A model generated the notes under the pieces. The model did not search any database, was not told where the DNA came from, and saw nothing but the letters and a program-made list of their open reading frames with translations. The position numbers and the translations under genes were made by a program. This document shows, piece by piece, positions 9,346-19,800 of a stretch of 41,400 nucleotides of DNA. The DNA is from Rudaea sp. (lineage in GTDB: Bacteria > Pseudomonadota > Gammaproteobacteria > Xanthomonadales > Rhodanobacteraceae). The stretch is from NCBI GenBank assembly GCA_035712685.1, contig DASTAL010000169.1:1-41400 (forward strand), given 5' to 3'. Every line of letters starts with the position of its first letter. Position 1 is the stretch's first letter.

Positions 9346-11072
9346 CCGCCGCCCAGGGCTGGACCGTCGACAACGTCGCGCACACGATCACGTTCAACGT
9401 CGCGCCTGCCAATGGCGCGGCGATCGTGGTCGAAGAGTTTGCGCAGGGCGCCGTCAACGCCACATACATTTGGGCGCTCGGCGCGTGGGGTCCGTATTCC
9501 GGTTATCCGGTCGAGGTCGAGTTCTTCTCGAACCGCTTGTTTTTCGCCGGCACCGTCAACGCGCCGTTCACGGTCTGGTCGACCAAGATCAGCCAATGGA
9601 ACAACTTCGGCAAGAGCGTGCCGACCGAGGACGACGACGCGATCACCGCGACGCTCGTCGCCAAGCAGGTCAACGCGATCACCGACCTGTTGCCGCTGAA
9701 AGACCTCGTCACCATGACGACGGGCTCGGAATGGCGCACCACCGGCGGCACGTCGAACGTGCTCACCCCGAGCACGATCAGCTTCGTGCCGCAATCGAAC
9801 TATGGCTCGGGCAGCGTGCCCGCGCTGATCGTCGGCAACTCCGCGGTGTTCCTGCAGGCGCGCGGCAACTATGTGCGCGACCTTGGCTATCAGTTCGCGG
9901 TCGACCAGTACGCCGGCGAGAACCTGACGGTGTTCGCCTCGCACCTGGTGCAAGATCACACCATCGTCGACTGGACCTATCAGCAGACGCCGTTCTCGGT
10001 CATTTGGGCGGTGCGCGAGGATGGCGTGCTGCTCGGACTCGCCTACTTCAAAGAGCAGCAGGTCATGGGCTGGTTCCACTGCGATAGTTGGAACGGGTTC
10101 TATGAATCGGTCTGCTCGATCACGGAAGGCGACGAGGATGCGGTCTACGTGAGCGTGCGCCGCGTGGTCAATGGCTCGACGGTGCGCTACGTCGAACGCC
10201 TCGACACGCGGTTCCAGGCCGACCAGCGCGATTATTTCTTCGTCGATGCGGGGCTCACCTACGACGGTCGCAACTCGACCAACGCGCCGGCCGCGACGAT
10301 GGAGCTCACCGGCGGCACGACCTGGACCAGCGCCGACAACCTGACGCTGACCTGCGCCGGTTATGCGCCGTTCGCGTCGACCAACGTCGGCGATTGGGTC
10401 AAGCTCTACGCCTACACGGTCCAGACCGATTCCAACGGCAACACCATCACCGACGAGTTCGGCGCGATCCAGTACACGCAAACGATCCTGGTCTGCAAGA
10501 TCAACGCGTTCGTGAGCTCGACGGTGGTCACGGTCAACTCGATCGGCAACGTGCCAGCGAGCCTGCAGGCGACGCCGACGAGCTCGTGGGATTTCTGCCC
10601 GGTCACGTTCTCGGGCTTGAATCACCTGATCGGCCAGAACGTTTCGATCCTGGCCGATGGCAACGTGCAGCCGCGGCAGGTGGTCAGCAACACCGGGACC
10701 GTGACGCTGCAGGCGCCGGCGTCGGTGGTGCATGTCGGGCTGCCGATCACCGCGGACATGGAAACGCTTGAGATCAACGTGATCGGCGGCCAGGAGGTTC
10801 GCGATCGACGCAAGGTCGTGAACAAGGCGACGCTGATCGTCACCGACAGCCGCGGCGCGCTGATCGGTCCGGACGCCAACAACCTGCTGCCGATGAAGGG
10901 CAGGCTGGTGAGCGACGGCTACTGGAACCCGAACGCGCTGCAAGAGGACTTGATCGAGGCCTACGTGCAGACGACGTTCCAGACGCAGGGGCGCATCTTC
11001 GTGCGCCAGGCCGATCCGTTGCCGCTGACGGTGCTCGGCGTCATTCCCGACGTGGCGATCGGCGGTGGTTGA
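9342..11072 (+). CDS. Tail nozzle (tubular protein B), C-terminal part
   Basis: GYP..FFSNRLFFAGT, VRDLGYQF, FFVDAGLTYDG, RQADPLPLTVL; ATGA overlap with the first part. Confidence 0.88.
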   Translation: MTAAQGWTVDNVAHTITFNVAPANGAAIVVEEFAQGAVNATYIWALGAWGPYSGYPVEVEFFSNRLFFAGTVNAPFTVWSTKISQWNNFGKSVPTEDDDAITATLVAKQVNAITDLLPLKDLVTMTTGSEWRTTGGTSNVLTPSTISFVPQSNYGSGSVPALIVGNSAVFLQARGNYVRDLGYQFAVDQYAGENLTVFASHLVQDHTIVDWTYQQTPFSVIWAVREDGVLLGLAYFKEQQVMGWFHCDSWNGFYESVCSITEGDEDAVYVSVRRVVNGSTVRYVERLDTRFQADQRDYFFVDAGLTYDGRNSTNAPAATMELTGGTTWTSADNLTLTCAGYAPFASTNVGDWVKLYAYTVQTDSNGNTITDEFGAIQYTQTILVCKINAFVSSTVVTVNSIGNVPASLQATPTSSWDFCPVTFSGLNHLIGQNVSILADGNVQPRQVVSNTGTVTLQAPASVVHVGLPITADMETLEINVIGGQEVRDRRKVVNKATLIVTDSRGALIGPDANNLLPMKGRLVSDGYWNPNALQEDLIEAYVQTTFQTQGRIFVRQADPLPLTVLGVIPDVAIGGG

Positions 11073-11511
11073 AGCACGTTGCGTGCCGGTCGAGGCCTGG
11101 CACGTGGAACACATCATCGCGCACATGCGCAACGCCGATTGCGCCGAAGTTCGGGCACTCGGCGGCCTGACGCCGCGGCAGGCGCTTGAACAGAGTCTGG
11201 AAGCTCGCGGATCGTGCTGGACGGGGTTGCTGGACGGCGAGCCCGCGGCGATTTTTGGCGTGTGTCCGCTCACGGTGACTGGCGGCATGGGCGTGGCGTG
11301 GCTGCTCGGCACGCCGCTGCTGGAACGGCATTGGCGCACCTTTGCGCGCTACTCGTCCGCCCGCGTGGCGGAACTGCTGGATCACTACGACGTGCTGGTG
11401 AACATCGTGCACGCGGATAACCGCGTGGCGCTGCGCTGGCTTGCATGGCTCGGCGCGACGTTCACGCCGAACGGCGACAAGGTTTATTTCGAACTTCGAG
11501 GTCAATCGTGA
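11065..11511 (+). CDS. T7 gp13-like GNAT-fold virion assembly protein
   Basis: MRNADCAEV, GVAWLLGT, LVNIVHADNRVALRWLAWLG; follows the nozzle. Confidence 0.8.
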   Translation: MVEARCVPVEAWHVEHIIAHMRNADCAEVRALGGLTPRQALEQSLEARGSCWTGLLDGEPAAIFGVCPLTVTGGMGVAWLLGTPLLERHWRTFARYSSARVAELLDHYDVLVNIVHADNRVALRWLAWLGATFTPNGDKVYFELRGQS

Positions 11512-11870
11512 AACTTGGAATGCCACCACCGGATGAAGATGGCGTGCGCCGCGTGCGCCTGGGCTTCGTCGAATTCGCCGCCGTCGTCGTGGCCATCACG
11601 CTCGGCTGGTGGCTGGTCTCGCAGCTCGTCTCGGCGCAGTACGACGCGCAGATGAAGGCCAACGCCGACACCGCGACAGCGATCGTCGGCCTGCGCACGC
11701 AAGTCGCGGTGATGAGCGACCAGATCGCGACCTTGACGACGCAGCTTGCGGACATTCCCTCGCTGGCGCGCACCCAGGCGCAAATCCTCGCCGGGCAGGC
11801 GGACCACGAGCGCCGCATCGAACGGCTTGAAAACGACCACGGCGTGAGGGTGAAGGGATGGACGCATTAA
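11508..11870 (+). CDS. Membrane protein with coiled coil (holin/antiholin candidate)
   Basis: One TM (FAAVVVAITLGWWLV) then a heptad region ending HERRIERLE; GTGA overlap; precedes the endolysin. Confidence 0.55.
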   Translation: MKLGMPPPDEDGVRRVRLGFVEFAAVVVAITLGWWLVSQLVSAQYDAQMKANADTATAIVGLRTQVAVMSDQIATLTTQLADIPSLARTQAQILAGQADHERRIERLENDHGVRVKGWTH

Positions 11871-12421
11871 AGCGACTTGCCGCATGGCTGTTCGGCCTAT
11901 TCAAGCTGCCGCCGACCACGGACACGCCGGTCACGGTTCCCGAGCCCGCGCAGCCGGCAGAATTGCCCGCGCCGCGGCCGACGCCCAAGTCGATCACGGT
12001 CACGAGCGCGACCACCGTCGAGATTGTCGCGCGCACGCTGTGGGGCGAGGCGCGCGGCCAAGGCAACACCGGCATGCAGGCGGTGTGCAACGTGATCCAG
12101 AACCGCGCCAAGAATCCCGGCTGGTGGGGCAACGATCTTCGCAGCGTATGCCTGGCGAATGAGCAATTCGACTGCTGGAACCTGAAAGACCCGCAAGCGG
12201 CCAGGATGCGCGGCCCGATCAATGACGGCGCGTTCGTGATTGCGACCGCGATCGCGAACAAGGCCGTCGCCGAAACCCTGGCCGACCTCACCCGCGGCGC
12301 CGATCACTACTTCGCCGAGACGATCCCGACGCCTTCATGGGCCTACGGGCGCTCGCCGACGTTCGTGTGTGGCACGCCGGGCGATCGGCACTTTTTCTAC
12401 AAGATCGGTCTTGGAGGCTGA
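11858..12421 (+). CDS. Endolysin, SleB/Hydrolase_2-type cell-wall hydrolase
   Basis: VARTLWGEARG, VCNVIQNR, QFDCWN, GADHYF, HFFY. Confidence 0.9.
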   Translation: MDALKRLAAWLFGLFKLPPTTDTPVTVPEPAQPAELPAPRPTPKSITVTSATTVEIVARTLWGEARGQGNTGMQAVCNVIQNRAKNPGWWGNDLRSVCLANEQFDCWNLKDPQAARMRGPINDGAFVIATAIANKAVAETLADLTRGADHYFAETIPTPSWAYGRSPTFVCGTPGDRHFFYKIGLGG

Positions 12422-12422
12422 C

Positions 12423-12710
12423 ATGCACCTGATCGCCGACTTCCGCAACTTTCACAGGTTCCGCAGCGTTCAATTCGGGCTCCTGGCGACCGCGTGCGGG
12501 GCGGGCGTCGCCGCCTATGGCGCTGCGCTCGCCATCTCGCCGAGCGTCGTGTCGGGCGTCCCGCACTGGCTGGTGACGCTGCTGACGGTGGGCAGCATGG
12601 TGCTGCCGTTCGCGTCCGTGATCGCGCGCGCCGTCGCACAGCCGAACCTTCCGCCGCCGCCGCCCAAGCCGCCCGGCGCCAACGACTTCCACCAAGGAGA
12701 CACGCCATGA
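12423..12710 (+). CDS. Holin (2 TM), 95 aa
   Basis: MHLIADFRNFHRFRSVQ start, two hydrophobic segments, ARAVAQP end; GGAGG SD. Confidence 0.75.
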   Translation: MHLIADFRNFHRFRSVQFGLLATACGAGVAAYGAALAISPSVVSGVPHWLVTLLTVGSMVLPFASVIARAVAQPNLPPPPPKPPGANDFHQGDTP

Positions 12711-12883
12711 TCTACATCATCGCCCTGCTGCTGCTCGCGATCGCCGCGCTCGAAGCCTTGCGCGTGCGCGCGGCCCGCAATCACACCACCGTGCTGACCG
12801 TACTGCACGCCGAAATCGCTGACCTCAAGACCGACGCCGAGAAGTTCGAGTCACGCTTCGACGGCGGGACGATCCCGAAATGA
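12707..12883 (+). CDS. Small membrane protein, 58 aa
   Basis: AAGGAG SD, MIYIIALLLLAIAAL, overlapping start/stop on both sides. Confidence 0.7.
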   Translation: MIYIIALLLLAIAALEALRVRAARNHTTVLTVLHAEIADLKTDAEKFESRFDGGTIPK

Positions 12884-13245
12884 TGGCGTGGCTGTGGGCG
12901 AAGGTCAGCAAGTACGCGGCGATCGCCGGCGCGCTGATCGCGGCCATCGGCGCCGCGCTGACCTTCGGCTTCCTCGAGGGAAAAAAGACGGGCGCGGCGA
13001 AGGGCGAAGCCGACGCGGCACAAGCGAAGGCGGCAGCGGCAGAACACGAGGCCGCGGTCGCCGCGTCCGACCAAAAGGCAGAACAAGCAACGGTTGAGAC
13101 CGTGCGAGAGGTGCAAGATGAAATCCAGAAACTCCCCGATGCGCCCGCGCAGCAAGTCGGCACGGCTGATCCTCATTCCGCTGCTGGCGAGTTGCGCGAT
13201 GATGGCTGGGTGCGCGCCGACACCGGTGCGGACGGTCATCAATAA
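12880..13245 (+). CDS. i-spanin (Rz-like)
   Basis: N-terminal TM followed by an Ala-rich coiled coil; overlaps a lipoprotein ORF. Confidence 0.78.
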   Translation: MMAWLWAKVSKYAAIAGALIAAIGAALTFGFLEGKKTGAAKGEADAAQAKAAAAEHEAAVAASDQKAEQATVETVREVQDEIQKLPDAPAQQVGTADPHSAAGELRDDGWVRADTGADGHQ

Positions 13246-13411
13246 CTGCTCGCCGTGGTCGCCGATCAACCCGAGCACGAAAGACGTACTTTCGGACTCC
13301 ACGGCCAAGCAGATTCTCTCGCACGACTGCATCGGCGTGCGCCTCGGCTGCTGGCCGCCGCCGTCACCGCAGGCGTGCGTCGCGCCACCCTCACCAACCA
13401 AGACCGAGTAA
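13118..13411 (+). CDS. o-spanin (Rz1-like lipoprotein)
   Basis: GAGGT SD, signal peptide with lipobox MAGC, Pro/Cys-rich; overlaps the i-spanin 3' end. Confidence 0.78.
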   Translation: MKSRNSPMRPRSKSARLILIPLLASCAMMAGCAPTPVRTVINNCSPWSPINPSTKDVLSDSTAKQILSHDCIGVRLGCWPPPSPQACVAPPSPTKTE

Positions 13412-13416
13412 ACCCC

Positions 13417-14013
13417 ATGTGCGTCGTGATCGGAACTACTGCCGCGTACGTACTGATGGCCGCGAGCGCGGCGACCGCCGTGGTCGGCACCGCTTACGCG
13501 ATGAACGCGGAAAAGAAAGCCGCGGCCTACAACGCGCAGGTCGATGTCCAGAACGCCAAACTCGCCAACACGCAAGCGCAGAACGCGAACGCGATGGGGA
13601 GTTACGAGGCCGACCAGGCGCGCATCCGCGGCAACCTGATGCGGGGGCAACAGCTCGCTACGATGGCCGCGAACAATGTGGACGTGACCACCGGCAGCGC
13701 CGCCGACATCCTCGGCGATACCGCCATGACGACGGCCACCGACGAGCGCCAGGCGCGCATCAACGCCGCGCAACGCGCCTACGGCTTTCAGGTGCAATCG
13801 CTCTCTGACATGGGCGCCGCGCAGTATGCCAAGTACCAGGGCAAGACCCAGGCCACCGGCACGCTGATCTCGGGCTTGTCGAGCGTGATGGGCAGCATGT
13901 CGCGGATGGGTGGCGCTGGCATGAACTCCACCAGCACCCTGGCGACGAGTGGCAACTATGGCGGCATGTACAACGGCGACACGTCCGCCTTCATGGGGAG
14001 TTACGGCCAATGA
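13417..14013 (+). CDS. Ejection / internal virion protein (gp14-like)
   Basis: MC start with hydrophobic N-terminus, GQQLATMAANNVD..GSAADI. Confidence 0.82.
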   Translation: MCVVIGTTAAYVLMAASAATAVVGTAYAMNAEKKAAAYNAQVDVQNAKLANTQAQNANAMGSYEADQARIRGNLMRGQQLATMAANNVDVTTGSAADILGDTAMTTATDERQARINAAQRAYGFQVQSLSDMGAAQYAKYQGKTQATGTLISGLSSVMGSMSRMGGAGMNSTSTLATSGNYGGMYNGDTSAFMGSYGQ

Positions 14014-16844
14014 TCCGCGTTCCCACGGTCGGGCTGGCCGACATCCAACCGGAGGCGATGCCGAGCGCGCGCATCGGCAACCAGGTGAGCGCCGAAGGCA
14101 TGGGCGCGAACATCGGCGAGGCCGCGATCGGCCTGGGCGACCGCCTCGGCCAGATCGGCATGATGGAAGAGCAAAAGGCGAACCTCGCCGCGCTCAACCA
14201 GGCGCGCATTGCGCTGGCGCAGCACGAGTCCACGTTCTTCGATCCGAACAACCCGAGCGGAGCGCTGGCGTACAAGGGCAAGGACGCGCTGCAGGTTCCT
14301 GGCCTGCTGCAGAACGACCTCTCGACGTTCGCATCGCAGTACCGCCAAGGTCTCGCCAATCCCGCGCAAAAGGACATGTTCGATCGACTCGTGGCCGAGC
14401 ATTACCTTGCGGTGTCCGATCGTGCCAACAGCTACGCGGAGCAACAGAAGGCCGGGTACGAACACCAGTCGGCGGAGGGGGCGATCGGGGTTTCGATGCA
14501 AGGCGCGCTATCGAAAGCGGGCGCTGGTGATACCGCCGGCGCGCAACAGGCATTGTCCGATGGCATCGCCACCATCAGGCAGTACGGCGAGGTCAGTGGC
14601 TGGGCGCCCGAGTACACCCAGTACAGCGTCGGCAAATTCACGAAGACTGTGCAGGCAGCGATCGACGCCGCCAACGTGTCAAAGGCCGAAGTCGCGATGA
14701 CGCAAGACCCGCAAGGGTTCCTGCACGACAGCAACGCCCGCCTCGGCGTCGGCCAGTACAGCCCGGACTCGACCGCCGTCAGCGGCGATCCCAACGCACC
14801 GCGTGGGATCCGCAACAACAACCCCGGCAACATCAAGCAGAGCGGCATCGCCTGGAACGGCGCGGTCCCGAGCGCAGATCCGTCCTACGTGTCCTTTGCC
14901 TCGCCCACCGCGGGCATTCGCGCGCTGGCGCTCAACGCCTACCACATGCAGCAAAAGGACGGCGCGCAGACGGTCGGCGACGTGATCTCGCGCTGGGCGC
15001 CGGAATCGGACAACAACGACACCCAGGCCTATATCGCCGACGTGTCCAAGCAGATGGGCGTCAACCCCTCGACGCCGGTCGACCTGCAGGATCCCACCCA
15101 ACTCACCGCTCTCACCAACGCGATCATCACCCATGAAAACGGAAAGAACCCCTACAGCGCCGAACAAGTCCAGCAAGGCGTCGATGCCGCGCTCGGCAAG
15201 AGCAAGGTGCCCCCAGTCCACGTGCCGCTCACGACCAACGGCAGCGGCGTGATCATGCCGGCGACCGACGGCGATACCCAGGCGCCTGCGATCGGCGAGC
15301 TCGGGAAATCCGGCAATCCCGTCGTCGACAGCCTGAAACCCGATCAACTGGTCGAACTGCACAACCGCGCGCTGACGCTGGTCAACAAGGATCAAGTCGC
15401 GATGCGCAGCAGCATCGAGCAACGCGTGCGCGACGACACCGCAGCCTTCCAGAGCGGCCAGCAGGTCAAGCAACCGCTCACCCTCACCGAGTTCACCCAA
15501 GCCTACGGCGACCAGCAGGGCATGGTCGCATACGGCGCCTACGCGTCGAACCAGCAGCTCGGCAAGGATCTCGCGACGGTCAACACCTTGAGCGAACCGC
15601 AGATGCGTGCCTTGGAACAAGCGCGCGCGCCGCTGCCCAATGCCGCCGCGGCCGCGGTCGATCCGCAGCACCCGATCCAAGAGGGCGCGGTCGCGCCAGG
15701 ACAGAACGCCGCCGTGCGCCAGGCCGACGCGAAGATCCTCACCAGCGCGATCAATCGGACCCTGGCGGCGCGCAACAGCGACCCGGTGCAATGGGCGCAG
15801 CAGGCTGGGATCGGTGACATCAAGCCGCTCGACCTTTCCGCGCCCGACAAACTCGCCGCCTCGATCGCCGCGCGCGTGGCGCCGATGCACACCTTGGCGC
15901 AGCAGTACCAGATGCCGATGCGCATCCTCGCCGGTCCCGAGAAATCGGCGCTTTCGCAAACCTTGAACGGCATGCCGGCGCTGCAGAAGGCCGCGTTCCT
16001 GGGCGCGCTCTCGACCAAGATGCAAGGCCCGGCGTATGACCAGGTGTTGCAGGCCATCGGCGCGAATTCGCCGGTGGCCGCGACCGCGGGCCGGATCATG
16101 GGCGCCGATCACGCGGTGCAGGTGGGCACCACGGGCTCGCTGTGGTGGAAGCAACCGACCGACATGAGCGCGGCCGACGTCGCCGAAACGATGCTCACCG
16201 GCGAAAGCCTGATTACCGGCACGCCGATCGTGACACCGGCCAAGCGCGAAAAGGGCGACCCGCCCGCGCCCAAGCAGCCGAAGTTCGCGATGCCGCCCGA
16301 CACCGCGACCAACGGCTTGCGCTCGACCTGGACCAGCGTCGCCGGCGATGCGTTCCGCGGCGATGGCGCCGCCGACGCGCAGGCGTATCAGGCCTATCGC
16401 GCCATGTACGCAGGCCTCGCCGCCAAGCAGGGCAAGAGCGATGGCGTGCTCTACCCGAAGATCGCGCAGCAAGCCGCCAAGGCCACGCTTGGGAACGTCG
16501 TCGATTGGGACGGCCACAACGTGCTGCCGCCCTACGGCATGAGCCAGAACGCGTTCACCGATGCGGTGAACAAGGCCTGGCAGGGGGCGCGCGCGAACGT
16601 GCCGGGCGCCGACGAGGCGGACGCGAGCGCGTTCACCCTCGACCGGCTGGGCCCGAATGCCTACACCTTGAGCAGTGCGGGCGCGCCGGTGCGCGACAAG
16701 GCCGGCCGCCCGGTGGTGCTGCGCATCGCGTACCCGGCCGGCGATCCGACCGCGACCGCGCAACCGCAGGCGGCGGCGAAATCAGCCGCCGCGCCGAACA
16801 CCCTCGGGCAGCAAGTCATGGCGAACATCAATGGCAATGGATGA
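14010..16844 (+). CDS. Ejection protein (gp15-like) with an embedded muralytic domain
   Basis: 944 aa, synteny; internal PRGIRNNNPGNI...ISRWAP..DNNDT..YI...IITHENG lysozyme-like domain. Confidence 0.8.
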   Translation: MIRVPTVGLADIQPEAMPSARIGNQVSAEGMGANIGEAAIGLGDRLGQIGMMEEQKANLAALNQARIALAQHESTFFDPNNPSGALAYKGKDALQVPGLLQNDLSTFASQYRQGLANPAQKDMFDRLVAEHYLAVSDRANSYAEQQKAGYEHQSAEGAIGVSMQGALSKAGAGDTAGAQQALSDGIATIRQYGEVSGWAPEYTQYSVGKFTKTVQAAIDAANVSKAEVAMTQDPQGFLHDSNARLGVGQYSPDSTAVSGDPNAPRGIRNNNPGNIKQSGIAWNGAVPSADPSYVSFASPTAGIRALALNAYHMQQKDGAQTVGDVISRWAPESDNNDTQAYIADVSKQMGVNPSTPVDLQDPTQLTALTNAIITHENGKNPYSAEQVQQGVDAALGKSKVPPVHVPLTTNGSGVIMPATDGDTQAPAIGELGKSGNPVVDSLKPDQLVELHNRALTLVNKDQVAMRSSIEQRVRDDTAAFQSGQQVKQPLTLTEFTQAYGDQQGMVAYGAYASNQQLGKDLATVNTLSEPQMRALEQARAPLPNAAAAAVDPQHPIQEGAVAPGQNAAVRQADAKILTSAINRTLAARNSDPVQWAQQAGIGDIKPLDLSAPDKLAASIAARVAPMHTLAQQYQMPMRILAGPEKSALSQTLNGMPALQKAAFLGALSTKMQGPAYDQVLQAIGANSPVAATAGRIMGADHAVQVGTTGSLWWKQPTDMSAADVAETMLTGESLITGTPIVTPAKREKGDPPAPKQPKFAMPPDTATNGLRSTWTSVAGDAFRGDGAADAQAYQAYRAMYAGLAAKQGKSDGVLYPKIAQQAAKATLGNVVDWDGHNVLPPYGMSQNAFTDAVNKAWQGARANVPGADEADASAFTLDRLGPNAYTLSSAGAPVRDKAGRPVVLRIAYPAGDPTATAQPQAAAKSAAAPNTLGQQVMANINGNG

Positions 16845-19800
16845 TCCGGGCCTCAACTCGAACGGCCTCACCGCCGACGAGCAGGCGACGTTCGAAGGTC
16901 TTTACGGCGCTGACGCGGGCACTGCGGGCGCGCCGAAACCGGGCGCGCTCACCGGCTGGTGGCATGCCGCTGGTGCCGTGCCGCACGCGCTCGCGAATGT
17001 TGGACTTGACGTGTACGGCGCCACGAACACCGCGCTGCGCGGCGCTGTCGATTCAGTGACCGGCGCGCATGATTTCAGCAACCTTGCCGGTGAGCCCGAA
17101 GGCTACGGCGCTGGCACACCATTCAAGGCCGCGCCCGACACCTTGCGCAGCAAGGTGGATGACGCCGCCGAGGAAACCGCGCAGCAGGTGGCGGATTTGC
17201 GTTCGGCGACCGATCAAATGTACCGGCCCGATCCGCATACGACTGGCGCTGCAGGGAACCTGTTGTTCGGTGCCGTCGATCCGCTGGTGCGCATCGGCGT
17301 CGGCTCGGTGCTGACGCGTGGCGCGGGCGGCCTCGAATTCGCCGCCGGCACCCAGGGTTACGAGCGCGCCCGTGAGCTTGAAGCGCAAGGCGTCGATGCT
17401 GGCACCGCGGCCGAATCGGGCGCCATCTCCGCAGGCACCTTCGAAGCGATGGGCGCGGTCGGCGGCGAAGAGGGTTCGCTGGCATCCCGCGTGCTGAAAA
17501 GTGGCGCGGTGAACTTCGCCGGCGGCATCGCCAACCGCGGCGCGGACTCGGAAGCCTTGAAGGCCGCCGGCTACGACAAACTCGCCGCGCAAGAACAGTG
17601 GAACGATGCGCAGACGATGCTTTCCGATGCGCTGGTGGGCCTGGCGTTTCCGCTGATGCACGAGGGCATCAACCGAGGGCTCGACGCCGCGGCCACGCGT
17701 GCCGAGAACAAACTGGCCGACAAGATCGCCGCCAACCCGGAGCTGTTCGACAAGCTGCACGATGGCACGGGCTACGTGCCGGCGGCCAACGTCGACGCCG
17801 CCATGACGAGCCTCAACGCGCGCCAGGCGGCCGACACCGCACCCGGCATCCCGACCGATTTCGCCTCGCAAGGCTTGCACTACAAGGCGCTCGACGCCGC
17901 CATCAAGCAATCCGTCAACGGCGACGACGTGCAGGTCGAGCCGATCGTGCGCGGGATGCAGACGATTCCGCGGCCGGTCGATCCGGCCAAGGCGGAAGGG
18001 TTCGCGGAAGCCTTGGCGCCCGAGCCCGAAGCCGATCCGTTCCGCTACGCCGAGCGCGACGCGAACGGCGCCATCACCGGCTATCGCAACGGCGACGACT
18101 TCATCCCGGCATTCAAGAATCTCACCGACGCGCAGCGCGAAGTCGAAGCGCGCGCCGCCGCCCAGGTGCTCGATGATCCCGAGGCTGCGATTGCCGCCTA
18201 TTCCGCGCTGACCGGCAAGGATCACGACACCCAGGGCGGCAACCTCATCAACACCGACAGCGCACGCGAGTTGTTCCCCGACTACGGTGCCAGCCCCGCG
18301 GCGCGCTCGATGAATGCGCTCGCGGTGCACGAACCAGCGTCATGGATCGCGAAGCGTGCGTGGGAACGAGCGCTGGCACGTCCGGTGCGCGAAGGCAAGA
18401 ACAATTCCGTATTCTTCACGGGAGGCGGCACAGGTGCCGGCAAGAGCACGGGGCCGCGACGCATCTCGGACCTGGCTGACAAGCAGGAGGGCGCTGACAT
18501 TACGTTCGATGGCAATCTCAACGGCTTCACGAGCGCCACCAAGAAGATTGATGCGGCGCTCGCCTCTGGCCGCAAGGTTCACATCCTCTACACCTTCCGC
18601 GACCCGGTGCAGGCGTTCATCCATGGTGCGCTGCCGCGTGCCGAGCGCTACGGCCGCACGGTTCCGATTCCGGTTCACGTCGATACCCACGTTGGTGCCG
18701 CTGAAACCTACCTTCGTCTGAAGAAGCATTACGAGGGCAACTCGAACGTCGTCATCGAGTCCATCCGCAACGATTACAAGCCGGGCGGCCGAGGCACTGT
18801 GACGCGTGGCCTTCCGGACGATGAAATCGCGCAGCGTGCCACCGCCGATCGTGGTAAACTCTCGTCGGAGGTTCGAGATGCCTTTGAACGAGAAAGACAA
18901 GCAGGCCGCGTTTCAGACCGGGTCTACTACGGCACCCTCGGCACCCGTCACTCCGACATCGTTGACGCAGCTTCGCCAAGCAGCCGAAGCAGCGCACGCA
19001 CGGATGATCGCAGAGCGCAAGCCGGGCCAACCCCCCACGGTGACGCCGGAAGTGATCGCATACAACCAGGCATTGAGCAGCCAGCCGCCAACGGCAGGGG
19101 ATCAGAAGTGGGCGGCGTGGTACGCCCAACTCCAGGAATCGGACCACTGGGATCAGGCTCGGGGGGTATTCGTCCCGAAGGCCAACCCGCAAACACCCTA
19201 AACCCCGCCGCTGGCGGGGTTTCTGCTTCCGGGGCCGACGCTTCCATCCGTTCCTCGGACGCCGCCTACGGCACGCCCGACCGCCACCCATGGGTTGACC
19301 TCGACACCACGAAGAACATTCCGCTCGCCGGCGGCGTGAGTGCGGACGGCCGCACGATCTACATCAGCCGGTACATGCCGAAAACCGTCGAGATCGACGG
19401 CAAGACCATCGACGCCATCGAAGGCGTGACGGTGCACGAAGTCGAAGAACAGAAGGTCATGCTGCCGGACGGCCCGAAGGATGCCGAATACATGGCGGCG
19501 CTCAAGGCCGACATCGCCTCGGAAGCCAAGGCCAACCCCAAGAGCCCGAAGGTTTCGAGCAACGATCTGAAAAAGGTTGCGCGTGGCGTGGCGTTGCCCT
19601 ACCCGAAGGCGCACGCGATCGCGACCATCCGCGAGAACGCATTCATCCGCGCAAAGTACGGCATTGATCCGGAGAAGTATCAGAAGGCGCTGGCGGACGG
19701 CATCGAGGACGCCCGCAAGAAGGCCGCGCAGGAAGGCAACATTCCGGCCGACCTTGACCGCACGCCCTACGAGGACACGGGCCTCACCAAGCTGCTGCCA

